Positions 48,884-62,400 of a DNA stretch of 64,000 nt are shown one piece after another. The notes under the pieces are model-generated. The model was not told the DNA's origin, ran no database searches, and was given only the letters and a program-made list of their open reading frames with translations. A program made the position numbers and the translations under genes. Position 1 is the stretch's first letter; each line of letters opens with the position of its first letter. The stretch is from Squalus acanthias (taxonomy: Eukaryota): contig CM059432.1 of assembly GCA_030390025.1 (NCBI GenBank), positions 90,832,001-90,896,000 of the forward strand, given 5' to 3'.

Positions 48884-51141
48884 ATAGAGTACAAAAGTGT
48901 GGAAATTATGATGAACCTGCATAAAACACTGGTTCGGCCCCAACTGGAGTACTGTGTCCAATTCTGGGCACCACACTTCAGGAAGGAAGTGAAGGCCTTA
49001 GAGAGAGTGCAGAAAAGATTTACGAGAATGATTCCAGGAATGAGGGACTTCAGTTACGTTGATAGACTGGAGAAGCTGGGGTTGTTCTCCTTGGAGCAGA
49101 GAAGGTTGAGAGAACATTTGATAGAGGTGTTCAAACTCATGAGGAGTCTGGACAGAGTAGAGAGAGAGAAACTGTTCCCATTGGCAGAAGGGTCAAGAAC
49201 CAGAGGACACAGATTTAAAGTGATTGGCAAAAGAACCAAAGGCAACGTAAGAAAAAACTTTTTTACGCAGCGAGTGGTTAGGATCTGGAATGCACTGCCT
49301 GAAAGGGTGGGGAAGCGCAGATTCAATCTCGGCTTTCAAAAGGGAGTTGAATAAGTATCTGAAGGAAAGAAATTTGCAGGGCTACGGGGAAAGGGCAGGG
49401 GAGTGGGACTAGCTGAAGTGCTCTTGCAGAGAACCGGCACGGGCTCGACAGGCCGAATGGCCTTCTTCCGTGCTGTAACCATTCTATGATTCTATGAGAG
49501 AAAGGGAAGTGTGTCAGTGAGAGTAGTGCAGTGCTTTTGGGTGATGTGCCTGCCATAGTTGAATAGCTGTCAGTGTGTGCAAGGTGTAAGATGTGGGTGT
49601 GAGTGTTGCAGCAGTGGTAAGTGTGTGAGGGTGAAGCGAAGCTATGATTGTGAGGTCGGAGTGGTGATAGGTAGAGATTGTTGGTAGGTGAGTGATGGGG
49701 GTGTGGTGCATTGAGCAGTGTGTGAGGCTTGTGGTGCAGATGGTGGAATATGGCATTTGCTGAAGCCTTCACTCACATTGACCTGCTATGTGAGGTCATT
49801 AACCTTCTTGCGGCATTGGATGGAGAACCTGGGGACCACGCTGTTGGCCGTCACGTAATCAGATATCTCCTGCCACAGCCTTCTACACATATGGGCCAAT
49901 GGCTTCCTGCCAGCTTGCAGGAAGAGGACAGCCTGGCTTCTCTCCACACCAACCACCAGTGACTCCAGAGCCGTATCTGGGAAGCGTGTTGCTCTCTCCC
50001 TCTGCTGCCGCTCAGCCATCTCTTCATCGTCAGTTCTGCTTTCAGGTGGCGCTCCAAATGGAATGACAATGAGGTGCCGTTGCAGCTAAACACCTCCCCT
50101 TTAAGTAATGGAGAAAGACTAGGCCAAACATGACTTGGAATTAGTCTGCACCCAATATTGGCCCACCTGTTGAGTGGCAAGCCAATGGGCAGCGGCTTTA
50201 GCACTGAAATCAGCACTATAATCATGTAAATGAGCACTGAGCATGAATTTTGCGTGCTACCTAGACCACTTTGAGCTGGTGCAGCTAAATAGCGCTGGGC
50301 CATGACACCGCCCGTTTTCAGGCCATGTCCAATTTCTAGGCCTCTATTTCTTTAGAATGAGATGTGTGGGTAAAGTGATAGAGGAGAGTCCTTGAAAGCA
50401 TTAAATGTGCCATCTTGACTCAATGTCAAAAAAAATGAACTGTGGTCCCTTTCAACAACACTGCATGCCTTCTTCAGCACTATTTGAGGTACAGACTTCC
50501 GCTAATTAATTTGTCCTGTGGTACACCCACACCCTCCCCCCTCTCCTCCGATCCCATAAAACCCAAAGTCTGATCAAAGCATAAACTTCCCTGGCGCAGT
50601 CGACAGACTCCCCACAAATACATAAACAATTTGCCTGTAACGTTGATTGGTGAGCGGGTGGCAGGTAAATTGTTGTAACAAATACGGCAACTGTTCCGTA
50701 CATGGCCTACAGGTTCGCTCGTTTCTTCCCCGTTCTCCTCAAGGGGTATGGGGAGAGAGCGGGAATATGGTATTGAGATAGAGGATCAGCCATGATCATA
50801 TTGAATGGCGGAGCAGGCTCGAAGGGCAGAATGGCCTGCTTCTGCGCCTATTTTTCTATGTTTCTAACTGCAAGCGGGACACAGACGCGACCTTCGACCT
50901 CCTGGTGAGCTTGCCGGAAAGAGCGCGATACACCACAAATTCACCACACCACTGATGTTAATTAGCAGACGGCCTCAACGGTGTTACCTGTGCTCTCTCG
51001 GCGGGCGGCTGTTACCATTGGCCGGTGCTGATACCAGCAGGTTTCTGGCGTACTTCAATTTCAATGTCTTAAGCCCTTTCTGCTTGAATTACTCTGTAGC
51101 TTGAACTTGGGCTGTTTCAACTTGGTTTAACTAAATACTTT

Positions 51142-51840
51142 GGGGGAAAAATTGAGTCGCGCCCCCTTTGGGGCGCTAACTTCACCGCAGCCGAAATTTA
51201 CTGGTAGCGCCCCAAGAGGGAAGCGGTGTGCTACTGGAAGCGCCCCGCCTCCCTCTTGGGGCGCTGTGAGTCAATATCGCGGCACGTCGCACTGCGGTAC
51301 TGCAGGCCTGCCTCCCCTTCTTAAAGGGGTGGGGCCTAGCGCAGCGCGACCCGGGGCCCAGCTGGGCCACCAGGGATCGGCGTGCCGGCAAAAGAGCCCG
51401 GCACTCAAGAGAAGTGCCGGGCTCATGAAGAGCAGTCGGCACTCCGCAGGGGGGCTACAGAGGAGGCCAGGGACGGCAGAGAGGGCAGGTGCTGGCAGGC
51501 GGCCAGCAACAAAAATGGACGCCCGGCACCTCCTCTTTAATGTGCGCCGCCCGGCCGCAAGTAGGCCCCCCTGACCCCATTGGACATAGCGTCCAGCGGT
51601 AAGTCAGGGGGCGCTATCGAAGATCGCGGCCGGGGCGTGAGCGGGGCACTGCGCACGGCGATGACGTCATCGCCGGCGGTGCAGCGCCACGGGCTGCTAA
51701 CGGTTACCACCGCCGCTAACCTCCCGCTGAATTTCGCGGGAGGCATTGGCGCCACCGCACCCAGGCGCTAGTTGCTTTGCGCCCCGTTAGCGCCCTAGAG
51801 GGCGCTAACGGGAGGCGCAAAACAACCGAATTTTTAGGCC
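51142..51840. mobile_element. Harbinger-type MITE related to 44381-45259
   Basis: GGGGGAAAAATT...AATTTTTAGGCC ends, TTT TSD, shared subterminal repeats; a partial copy lies at about 23485-23640. Confidence 0.75.
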
Positions 51841-52529
51841 TTTGTCTAACTGGCCAAGCTGTTGTGAGGAGAACAGGACTTGAATTTCTTCCTACTCTGA
51901 CTGCTTGACTGGCCTTATTCTGACGTTACAGAGGACTGATTTCTTGATCTTTTACTCTGACCTTCCTACTTCTCATTTCCACTTGAGACAAAGACATTGC
52001 GCTTTTTATTCCTTAAATTTCGTTTAAAAATTTATTTTCCAGGTTTAAATTTTAATGTCCAGTTAAGAAGAGTTAACTAAATCACATGAGTCCCTTCTAA
52101 TATGCTAATCAAATTTGATAGACAATAGATCAGAAATTATTGATGGTCAACTTTCACATGTTCCAACCAGGCCAGTGTTTCTATTTATATTTATTTTAAC
52201 ATCTATAGCACTTAAGCCACAGGCAAGCGCCATAAATCAGCATTCATGTTCCATTAACAAACCATCTCAGATCGCTCGACCAACTTCCAAACAAAAGTGT
52301 CTTGTCCATCAGCTTCTTAGCTGGTGACAGTTTTATGGTACCTTATGGCTCCATGTAAAAGCCATCAGGTGGCTATCTGTACGTGTGTGGCAGTCACTGT
52401 CCTAGTTTTTTGTAGAGCTGCTTCCCAGAATTCAGTGTTACCCTTCAGTTTCCCAGAATTCATAAAGCTACAGCTTCCCAGGAAACATTCAAATAGCAGA
52501 TGATTAGGATACAGAGGTTAAGAGAATTT

Positions 52530-54103
52530 GGCCTAGAAATTCTTGAACGCCACAAAAGCTGCCGGTGCCACTGCCAGCGGGTGTTAACAGATGCTGAAAA
52601 TGGAGCACAGGCAGGACCGAAAAATTCATGCTAGGGACTAATTAACATTAGCCCAGCGCTAAACACACCGTGCAATGCCGTCCTGTTGCCGTTCGTCCCG
52701 GCAAGAGACCCCAATGTAGCGTGGCCAAGTATCATTGCAGAACAGCCTGCTCTGATAGCGAGGCTGTCATTTTAGAAAGCATTGTTGGTCTCTTAAAGAG
52801 GCAATGCCTTCTGAAATGAAAAAAATAAAAAAATCATGTAAAAATAAGAAGTTTTTAGCCCTTACAGCTCAACTGCCTTACGAAAAAAAATGAACATTAA
52901 AAAGAAGCCCCAAATGGAAGTCCCTTCCGCACCTTAAAAAATGGGAAAAGTGCTTCAGCACTAACACAAATGGCTCAGCAAGCCAGGGAAGGGGCACCCA
53001 GGGTCTCGCACGCAGCACTCTAGATTTGTGCATGGGGTCAACACTGCAAGAGAGATCCTCTACCCACAGGGGCCAGGAGGCCCTCCAGAAAGAAGAATAT
53101 CAGACCACATCACCGAGGTCGTCACTGCCAGCAGCGTCGCCCCACGACCTGGCTCCATGTCAGTGGTTAAGGTCAATGAATGCATCTTCAAAAGCCATCT
53201 CCTACCAACTGCACCACTAGCCTCACACACTTCTCAATGCACAACTGCTTTGTGGTGGCTTTTATTTCAGCATTGTGGCCAAGAGAACGCTGTAACCGAG
53301 GGAAGGTAAGGTGTGGGACAAATGTTGAAAGGGGAATTGGGGTTGTGGTCACTGGTACCGCAGGCGGATCATTCCATTCTGGATATCCAGGCCAGAAAGG
53401 GGCTGTTTGGGTTGCATCCTTCCTTCTGCTTCCTCTCCATCTGCTTCCTCCTCTTTGGCTTCTTCCTCTCCTGCGTCTTCCTCTTCCCTTTGCGAGCGGA
53501 TGCTGTAAATCTGAAATAAAAGCATAAAATACTCAGCAGGTCAGGCAGCATCTTGACCTCAGACATTGACTCTGTTTCTTTCTTCACAGATGTTGCCTGA
53601 CCAGCTGAGCATTTCCAGCATTTTCTGTCTTCTCAGAGGCCTTCCTTTACCATCCAAGGCCTTGCAAGCAATCAACAGCACTTCCTACACACTTAAAAAA
53701 CTTTTAACATGTTTTGCACTTCAATTAAATCAAAAAAATCCAGTCCAAAAGCTGAAATGCAAACTTATCTGAAAGATGTGTGTGTCCCTTTAAGGGGTGC
53801 TGACAGCACCTCTGAGTCTGTTGAATGCTGGATTTTCATGGCGAACTTAGGACCCAGCGCTGAACTCAGTGCCAAGGTCCAAGTTTGCCGAGGTGACGTT
53901 AAGTCGGTGTTGCATGCCGACTGACGTCACCTCTCGCTGATTTAAATTTGCAGGGCCATCGCTCTTACCGGCAAAGCTGCCAGGCCTCGGAAAATGTCGG
54001 ACACCACAGGATCTGCCACCAGCTGGCGAATGAGCGGGTGCCGCCCTCTTTTCGCTACATTTTGACGGTAATGGGTGGCATAAAGCTCCTGAATTTTTAG
54101 CCC
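52530..54103. mobile_element. Internally deleted Harbinger derivative
   Basis: GGCCTAGAAATTC / GAATTTTTAGCCC ends; degraded Myb-exon-like stretch at about 52970-53180; same 5' end again at 63657. Confidence 0.65.
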
Positions 54104-54579
54104 ATTATAGTGATCTACAAAACTGGCTTTTTAATTATGTCTCCATAATAGTCAATTTTTGATCTGCTTTACTTTATTCTGTTCCTGTCTTACGCATGTT
54201 GAATGTCATTATTGCATTTTGTTATTAACTAGAGACGGATTTAGAAACGGTATTTTTGTACTGTCTTAATGTAACACAATAAGTTGTCAAACATCATACC
54301 AGATGACAATGTGATGTACTCCTATGTTCCATCAGCAGCACAGTAAAAACCTTAGATTGAAGGTTAGAGTAAATCAGTGATGATTACCAGTAACAGCTTT
54401 ATTATGTTTGGGTATGTTTGCTATGGATGGGACCAAATAATATGAGCCTTGTATAAGAAAATAAGAAAATTATTCTGAAAATTATACTGAATAGTCTATT
54501 CTGAATGTCTTAGCAAGTGGTGATTATTTCTCATTTTTGCAGTCAGATAAATAATATGAAAATGAATTCTCTGAGAGAA

Positions 54580-55110
54580 GGTCAAGAGGTGATATAACTG
54601 TTTTAGGATTCTAAAGAGAATACAAAATGTAGACCATGACAAGCTGTTTCACCTTGTCCAGAACAGCAGAACCCGAGGACACGGCCTGCGCTTGAAGGGT
54701 TCTACGGAAACAGTATTTCAGTGAGTGAGTGGTCAATCTGTGAAACAGGCTCCCTAGAGAGATGGTGGAAGCAGTTAGTATTGATCAATTGAAATGCAAA
54801 TTAGATAGATTTCATTCAGAAAATAACATTTTGGGATACAGTATATCAATAGTTTGAGACACGACATGTGGTGAGTGTAGCAGGCTTGAAAGGAACAGGT
54901 GAATTTGGGCCTATGGTTGCCAAAGCTCTCCATCACTGGGGTTTTCTTGCGTCATATCTGGGTCTGTTGTAGACTAATTGATAGAGATTGATTGCTATGA
55001 TTACTCAACAACTCTATTATCCTTGTACCATGCATCTACCATCTGCCCAGAATGGTAGAAGGTGAACTAGATGGATCTTGGTCTTTTATCGTCTGGCAAT
55101 TCCTATGCTC
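54580..55110 (+). mobile_element. Old CR1 3' fragment
   Basis: RTRGHGLRLK and (R)VVNL motifs followed by a long 3' UTR. Confidence 0.6.
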
Positions 55111-55118
55111 ATATGAAT

Positions 55119-58100
55119 GTCCCTTTGCGGAAACGGTAGCATATTGGTTATGTTACTGGACTAATAATCCAGAGGCCTGGACTAATGATCCGAAGATGTG
55201 AGTTCAAATCCCACCACGGCAGCTGGGGAATTTCAACTCAGTTAATTAAATAAATCTGGAATAAAAAGCTAGTATCAGTAATGGTGACCATGAAACTATC
55301 GGATTGTCGTAAAAACCCATCTGGTTCATTAATGTCCTTTAGGGAAGGAAATCTGCCGGCCTTACCTGGTCTGTCCTACATGTGACTCCAGACCCACAGC
55401 AATGTGGTTGACTCTTAACTGCCCTCTGAAATGGTCTAGCAAGCCACTCAGTTGTAAAAAAAACTGCTACGAAAAACAATAAGAATAAAACCGGACGGAC
55501 CACCCAGCATTGACCTCGGCACCGGCTACGGACATGACAACGGCACACCCAGTCCAGTCGACCCTGCAAAGTCCTCCTCACCAGCATCTGGGGACTTGTG
55601 CCAAAATTGGGAGACTGTCCCACAGACTAGTCAAGCAACAGCCTGACATAGTCATACTCACAGAATCATACCTTTCAGCCAATGTCCCAAACTCCTCCAT
55701 CACCATCCCTGGGTATGTCCTGCCCCACTGGCAGGACAGACCCACCAGGGGTGGCAGCACAGTGGTATGCAATCGGGAAGGAGTGGCCCTAGGAGTCCTC
55801 CACATTGACTCTGGACCCTATGAAGTCTCATGGCTTCAGGTCAAGCATGGGCAAGGAAACCTCCTGCTGATTACCACCTACCGCCCTCCCTCAGCTGATG
55901 AATCAGTACTCCTCCATGTTGAACACCACTTGGAAGAAGCACTGAGAGCAGCAAGGGCACAGATTGTACTCTGGATGGGGGACTTCAATGTCTATCACCA
56001 AGAGTGGCTCGGTAGCACCACTACTACTGGCCGAGTCCTGAAGGACATAACTGCCAGTCTGGGCCTGCGACAGGTGGTGAGTGAACCAAACACAAGGGAA
56101 AAACATACTTGACCTCGTCCTCAGCAATCTACCTGTGGCAGATGTATCTGTCCATGACAGCATTGGTAGCAGTGACCACTGCACAGTCCTTGTGGAGACG
56201 AAGTCCCATCTTCACACTGAGGACACACCCTCCATCGTGTTGTGTGGCACTACCACCGTGTTAAATGGGATATATTCAGAACAGATCTAGCAGCTCAAAA
56301 TTGGGCATCCATGAGGTGCTGTGGGCCATTAGCAGCAGCAGAATTGTTTTCCACCACAATCTGTAACCTCATGGCCTGGCATATCCCTCACTCTGCCATT
56401 ACCATCAAGCCAGGGGACCAACCCTGGTTCAATAAGGGGTGTAGAAGAGCATGCCAGGAGCAGCACCAGGCATACCTAAAATGAGGTGCCACCCTGGGGA
56501 AGCTGCAACACAGGTCTACATGCATGCTAAAAAGTGGAAGCAGCATGCTATAGACAGAGCTAAGCGATCCCACAATCAACGGATCAGATCAAAGCTCTGC
56601 AGTCCTGCCATATCCAGTCGTGAATGGTGGTGGACCATTAAACAACTAACGGGAGGAGGAGGCTCCGTGAATATCCCCATCCTCAATGATGGCGGAGCCC
56701 AGCACGTGAGTGCAAAAGACAAGGCTGAAGCGTTTGCAACCATCTTCAGCCAGAAGTGCCGAGTGGATGATCCATATCGGCCTCCTCCTGAGGTCCCCAC
56801 CATCACAGAAGCCAGTCTTCAGCCAATTCGATTCACTCCACGTGATATCAAGAAACGGCTGAGCGCACTGGATACAGCAAAGGCTATGGGCCCCGACAAC
56901 ATCCCAGCTGTTGTGCTGAAGACTTGTGCTCCAGAACTAGCCACGCCTCTAGCCAAGCTGTTCCAGTCCAGCTAAAATACTGGCATCTATCCGACAATGT
57001 GGAAAACTGCCCAGGTATGTCCTGTCCACAAAAAGCAGGACAAATCCAATCTGGCCAATTACCGCCCCACCAGTCTACTCTCAAACATCAGCAAAGTAAT
57101 GGAAGGGGTCGTCGACAGTGCTATCAAGCAGCACTTACTCACCAATAACCTGCTAACTGATGCCCAGTTTGGGTTCCGCCAGGACCACTCGGCTCCAGAC
57201 CTCGTTACATGGACAAAAGAGCTGGATTCCAGAGGTGAGCTGAGAGTGACTACCCTTGACATCAAGGCAGCATTTGACCGAGTGTGGCATCAAGGAGCCC
57301 GAGTAAAATTGAAGTCAATGGGAATCGGGGGGAAAACTCTCCACTGGCTGGAGTCATACTTAGCACAAAGGAAGATGGTTGTGGTGGTTGGAGGTCAATC
57401 ATCACAGCCCCAGGACATCGCTGCAGGAGTTCCTCAGGGCCAACCATCTTCAGCTGCTTCATCAATGACCTTCCCTCCATCATAAGGCCAGAAGTGGGGA
57501 TGTTTGCTGATTACTGCACAGTGTTCAGTGCCATTCGCAACTCCTCAGATAATGAAGCAGTCCATGCCTGCATGCAGCAAGACCTGGACGACGTTCAGGC
57601 TTGGCCTGATAAGTGACAGGTAACATTTGCGCCACACAAATGCCAGTCAATGACTATCTCTAACTAGTGAGATTCTAACCACTGCCCCTTGACATTCAAC
57701 GGCATTACCATCGCCGAATCCCCCACCATCAATATCCTGGGGGTCACCATTGACCAGAAACTTAACTGGACCAGCCACATAAATACTGTGGCAACAAGAG
57801 CAGGTCAGAGGCTGGGCATTCTGTGGCGAGTGTCTCACCTCCTGACTCCGCAAAGCCTTTCCACCATCTACAAGGCACAAGTCAGGAGTGTGATGGAATA
57901 CTCTCCACATGCCTGGATGAATGCAGCTCCAACAACACTCAAGAAGCTCGACACCATCCAAGACAAAGCAGCCCGCTTGATTGGCACCCTATCCACCACC
58001 TTAAACATTCACTCCCTCCACCACCGGCGTTCCGTGGCTGCAGTGTGTACCATCTACAAGATGCACTGCAGCAACTCGCCAAGGCTGCTTCGGCAGCACA

Positions 58101-58409
58101 TCCCAAACCCGCGACCTCTACCACCTAGAAGGACAAGGGCAGCAGGCGCATGGGAAGACCACCACCTCCAAGTTCCCCTCCAAGTAGCATACCATCCTGA
58201 CTTGGAAGTATATTGCCGTTCCTTCATCATCGCTGGGTCAAAATCCTGGAACTTCCTCTCTTACAGCACTGTAGGAGTGCCTTCACCACGCAGCCTGCAG
58301 CGGTTCAAGAAGGCGGCTCACCACCACTTTCTCATGGGCAATTAGGGATGGGCAATAAATGCTGGCCTTGCCAGTGACGCCCACATCCCATGAACGAATA
58401 AAAAAAAAT
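55119..58409 (+). mobile_element. Full-length ORF1-less CR1-group LINE with a tRNA-derived SINE-like 5' end
   Basis: A box at 55137-55147 and B box GTTCAAATC at 55202-55210, then EN (PDIVILTES, YRPP, GDFN, SDH) and RT (KAMGPD, NYRPTSLLS, LDIKAAFDRVWH, FADY); poly-A end. Confidence 0.82.
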
Positions 58410-58670
58410 AGTGCTTCTAAATGCCGTTTCATGCCTCTATTACTGGGCAGGTCCAGCACTGTGCACTACCTCCAGTATTTCCACTGAAAATGGCATTGAA
58501 TCATTATAGAACCCTGCTTTGAATATTTCTGTGAGCTTCCTGCCTGCTTTCGGCAGGTGCCAGGCCTGCAATAGCAACGGCCTGAACAAAATGGCAGCAG
58601 GCAGGAACGGGACGGTAAGTACAGCACCATAATATTTGGGCTGCTATCATCCCATTCCTACTGGGTGGAG

Positions 58671-58673
<3 letters not shown>

Positions 58674-58701
<28 letters not shown>
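58674..58701. repeat. (AT)n microsatellite
   Basis: Pure AT dinucleotide run. Confidence 0.95.
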
Positions 58702-58704
<3 letters not shown>

Positions 58705-60203
58705 CTCTGTTACATTGATTAAATGTTACAATCTTCCAGTGTAACCTTAGATCAGCACCCTTCAGTATACATTATATTGTTAGGGAAAAATAGATTCAGA
58801 ATTGTTTTTACGTGTTTAAATACAATTTCTGTATTAGTAATATTATTTGTTCACCAATATATATTTTTACACAGCAGTGATTTTTTTTGATTTGAAACTC
58901 CCAGTATCAATGCATTATAGTTTAATATCTTTATATTTTCTCAGACAAAAGCATGTGCATAATATAGCATCTTGTTAAGTTTTAGACAGTTCATGAAAAT
59001 GTTTCAGGCTTCACAATCTGATTGGATTTTATAATATACCCTTTCAGAGATCTACAATGAGGCACCTCTGTCAACCTTTACTCTATTCACAGCTCTGGCA
59101 GCTGTTTGAAACAAAAGAAGCTACATTTAAGTAATCAAAATATCTGTATTGCTTGGCCGTTTACAGTTCCCTATCAAGACATAGAAAAAATGTTAATTTT
59201 AGAAGATTTATTTTATGGCCTGTAATTACTGTCATTAAGAAAGCTCTGGAGACTAACATGGAGCTTTGACTGAAATTTAGCTTGACATATTCCATAATTA
59301 ATGCTGAATTAACATGCTACATTATGTGCCAGATAAAATTATTTTCCTTGCAGCTAGAACTGCAATCAAAGTATGAACTCTTAATGGTTATACTGGCTAG
59401 CAAGTAAGGCTTCAGAAAACTGGGAATCAAAAAATGTGTATTCATTTGGAAGCAATAAAATGCAAAAAATATTTTTTTTTAATTCAGAAATGTCCTTTGT
59501 TTTAGCAAATTGCAAAGATTCATAAAATAGCAACTTCCAGTCTTTAATTATAATGAAAAACAAAAGGTTTATAATTACACCAGAGAATTTTATTAACTGC
59601 ACAATTTATTGCAGTTCATTGTTTCAAAAGACTTGTTTGCAGTAATGTGCTATGCACAAACAACATAATAAAGTACAACATAATAATATATACTTATTTT
59701 TTTTAATTTAAAGCAGATACATAAAGATAATAAACTTTGCATAATTTGCTCCAGGCTAAAATCACAATTGGCAACAGCAGTCATATTTGTTTATGTAAAA
59801 CTTTCTGAATGCAATAAGTGGAATTAGCCCCATGCATTACAAATAATAGGAAAGTTCCATCTCTACAAATTCCACCTCTGATATTAATTGATTGGTCTAA
59901 TTGCAAATCTGCATGAGTTCCAAATGTGAGTTCAAATGAAAGACTCTTATTCAAAATTCAGTTTTTACTCTTAACATTGCAAGTTCTTTATTTCCAACTA
60001 ATCTTGTGCTGCATTTATAATTGTTAGTTCTCAAGCCTACCTAAAAATAGCTGTTGCTAAATTATATTTGTGTTAGCAATGCATTAGTTGCAGGAACACA
60101 TTATATAATTTGCAATACTTTAAGAACATGTATTAAATACTTAAGTGAGAGATTTTACCTCACAGTAATAATGTTTTAACTGGAATGCTAAAGAAAAGAC
60201 AAT

Positions 60204-60955
60204 GGCCCATATTTTCCGATCGCAGGCCTCCCGCTGGCGGAGGCCTGCGATCTGGAAAAATCTGCGCCCTGTAAGCTCCTGGGACGCACACGCTTCCGCT
60301 CCTGGGCCTCTCCAAACTTCAAATGCACAGAGCCCACGTATCCCAGAGGCACAGGTAGTTCGCAGCGTCCCGGGGATCACGTGGGCCATGGGGAGCCAAT
60401 CAAAGAAGAGAATCTCCCTTCATACACTTGACAGGAAGACCTGTCAAATATATGAATGGAGATCACCCCAAAAACATAGTAAAACTTTAAATAAATTTTT
60501 TTTAAAATCACATTTTTAAAATGACTTGAAATTACAATAAATTAAGTATTTTAAACAAAAATTTAATTTTTTCAAAAAAATAATTGAAGTTTTTTTACGG
60601 GGCTAAAAATAAACTTACCTTTTTTTAAAGTATTTTTAAATGATAAATCAGTGAAATTTTTTTTTTTTAACTTTTTCTACTCTTATCCTGGTAAAAGCAG
60701 GCCTTAGGCCTGCTTTTACCAAGCGTAAGAATTGTAAGGGTTTTCTGCAGGCGGAGGGTCTCCAAAAAGTGGAACTATCTGCCTGCTGAGGCCCTTCTCC
60801 AGGGCAGCCGGAGGATCTGTCAAGACCATTCTTGACAGATCGGAAATGCCGGTTTTCAGCGCATGCGCTGTGCATGCCTGAAACCGCCATTTCCGATGTC
60901 CCTACGGGTGGGTACACAGCGAGTACCCACCCATAGGGATTGGAATATCTGGGCC
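60204..60955 (-). mobile_element. Harbinger-type MITE, same family as 4090-4723
   Basis: AAT TSD; reverse-complement similarity along its length. Confidence 0.82.
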
Positions 60956-61209
60956 AATAGGGCCAAAATTCCAGTAAGCCTGCCCCACCAGCGCAAGTAA
61001 GGCAGAGCAGAACCCATAGCCGCCCAATTGAAGGATGCCAACCTCATTGCAAATTGCGGGAAGAGGGTCATTAGTTTGCTTGGGGCAGGCCCCTCTAATT
61101 TGCCCTAAAAGGGTCTTTCCGGTCTAGAGAGACCAGCAGTGAAAGATCTTTAGCACCAATGGGAGCCATAACTCTGGCAGCTTGTTAAGTCACTTCAGAA
61201 AGTCATTGC

Positions 61210-61400
61210 ATGTAGGTGTCAGGTTCCCTCCCCAAAGGACATCAGTAAACCAGTTGGTTTTTTTTACGAGAATCCAGAAAGTTTCGGGTGCCAAACTACA
61301 AATTACTAGATTTATTTAATTCAATTTGACAGCTTGCTATGGTGGTATTTGAACTCATGGTCGCTGAATTGCTAGTCCAGTACCATATACTACCATAACA
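61210..61400 (-). mobile_element. Old tRNA-SINE related to the head of 55119-58409
   Basis: Reverse complement contains GAGTTCAAATACCACC and CGTAAAAAA..CCAACTGGTTTACTGATGTCCTTTGGGGAGGGAA. Confidence 0.6.
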
Positions 61401-61455
61401 ATTGTAGTTGGTGAAAAAGAGAGCTTTGATTAGTCTGTTAATTTTTTCTATTCAG

Positions 61456-61623
61456 ATACAAAAATATGAAGAGAGAGTAACAAAACTTAGTATTCAATTG
61501 AATCAAACATTGAACAAGAACCAGGAAAACATCGAAGATTTGGTTACTAAAGATGAGCAACTGATTATACATGAAAAGGAGATCATTGTCCTACAACAGA
61601 AGCTCCAAGACAACATAGAGGAG
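61456..61623 (+). CDS. Host exon of a long coiled-coil protein (168 nt, phase 0-0)
   Basis: ttttctattcag|ATA...GAG|gtacag; IQKYEERVTKLSIQLNQTLNKNQENIEDLVTKDEQLIIHEKEIIVLQQKLQDNIEE, heptad-rich and not TE-like. Confidence 0.72.
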
Positions 61624-62029
61624 GTACAGTAGTGATAGCACTGTATAGCCTTATATGAATATATAATAGTGTATATAATTCGGTGAATAGTTCTGTATAT
61701 CCTATGAAGCTATAGAATCAATATTATTCTTCTATCAGTAACTCAATAGACTTCTTGCTCTTACTATACGCCAATGAATACTAGAGTGCAGAGAACTACT
61801 TTCTTCAAAGCAAGATAGCAGCATTTTTTTATTTCAATCAAAGTGTATGGGGGTAATTCTGTACTCGCAAGAGAAACGCAGGTTAGAGATAATTGTAGCC
61901 AAGATGCACTGACCCTCATTCTCTGCAAGAGTTGCACCCTGCTGTGAGCGCTGGATCACGGAATTACTCTTTATGTGCTGTCTTAACATAATTTATTTTA
62001 AAACACAGTTATTGAGGTGAGCTGGAGAC

Positions 62030-62400
62030 TCCATTTCCTCCTTTTCTTCATCTGCATGCTGTCCCTGGGTGACATCACCAATATGCACAGGGTCAGCTTT
62101 CATAGGTATGCTGGCAACACTCAGCTCTATCTCTCCACCACTTTCATAGACCACACAATGTCCTCTGTGCTGACAGGCAGCCTACCTAATATTAAGTCAT
62201 GAAGGATCCAGTATTCCTCCGGAAAACTAAAGCCATCTTATACAGCTACCTCCAAAAACTCTGCCTTCCTACCACTGACTCATTCGCTATTCCTTACTGC
62301 TCGCTCAAGCTGAATCAGAATGTATGAAACCTCAGTGTTCTGTTTGATCCAGAGCTCAGTTTCAAACTTCTTATCCTATCCAGTATCAAAACTGCTTACC
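62030..62400 (+). mobile_element. Old L2 RT fragment
   Basis: LLFFICMLSLGDI...FHRYAGNTQLYLS. Confidence 0.6.

Larger units (their letters stand above)
39261..49496 (+). mobile_element. CR1 LINE (EN+RT), interrupted by another CR1 and a MITE
   Basis: EN ORF 39328-40038 (YVNTRS, ITETWL, GDFN); the frame resumes across 40189/46666 (AGKTV|MEQWAAFK); RT pieces 46881-49354; TTCTATGA tail. Confidence 0.88.
36876..50342. mobile_element. Second Harbinger element (transposase on +, Myb gene on -), split by about 10 kb of nested retroelements; left end lost
   Basis: Transposase [20 protein letters not shown] at 37158-37643; Myb exons at 37959-39255 and about 49778-50019 (RFPDTALESLV...QCRKKVNDL); TIR-like end AATTTCTAGGCC at 50342. 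Confidence 0.8.

Noticed and set aside
51140..51840. CpG-island-like host promoter with ORFs
   Set aside because: Bounded by TIRs and a TSD and similar to 44381-45259, so it is a MITE.
59354..59403. Possible small exon (ttttccttgcag|CTAGAA...CAA|gtaagg)
   Set aside because: 50 nt would break the frame between phase-0 exons, and there is no other support.
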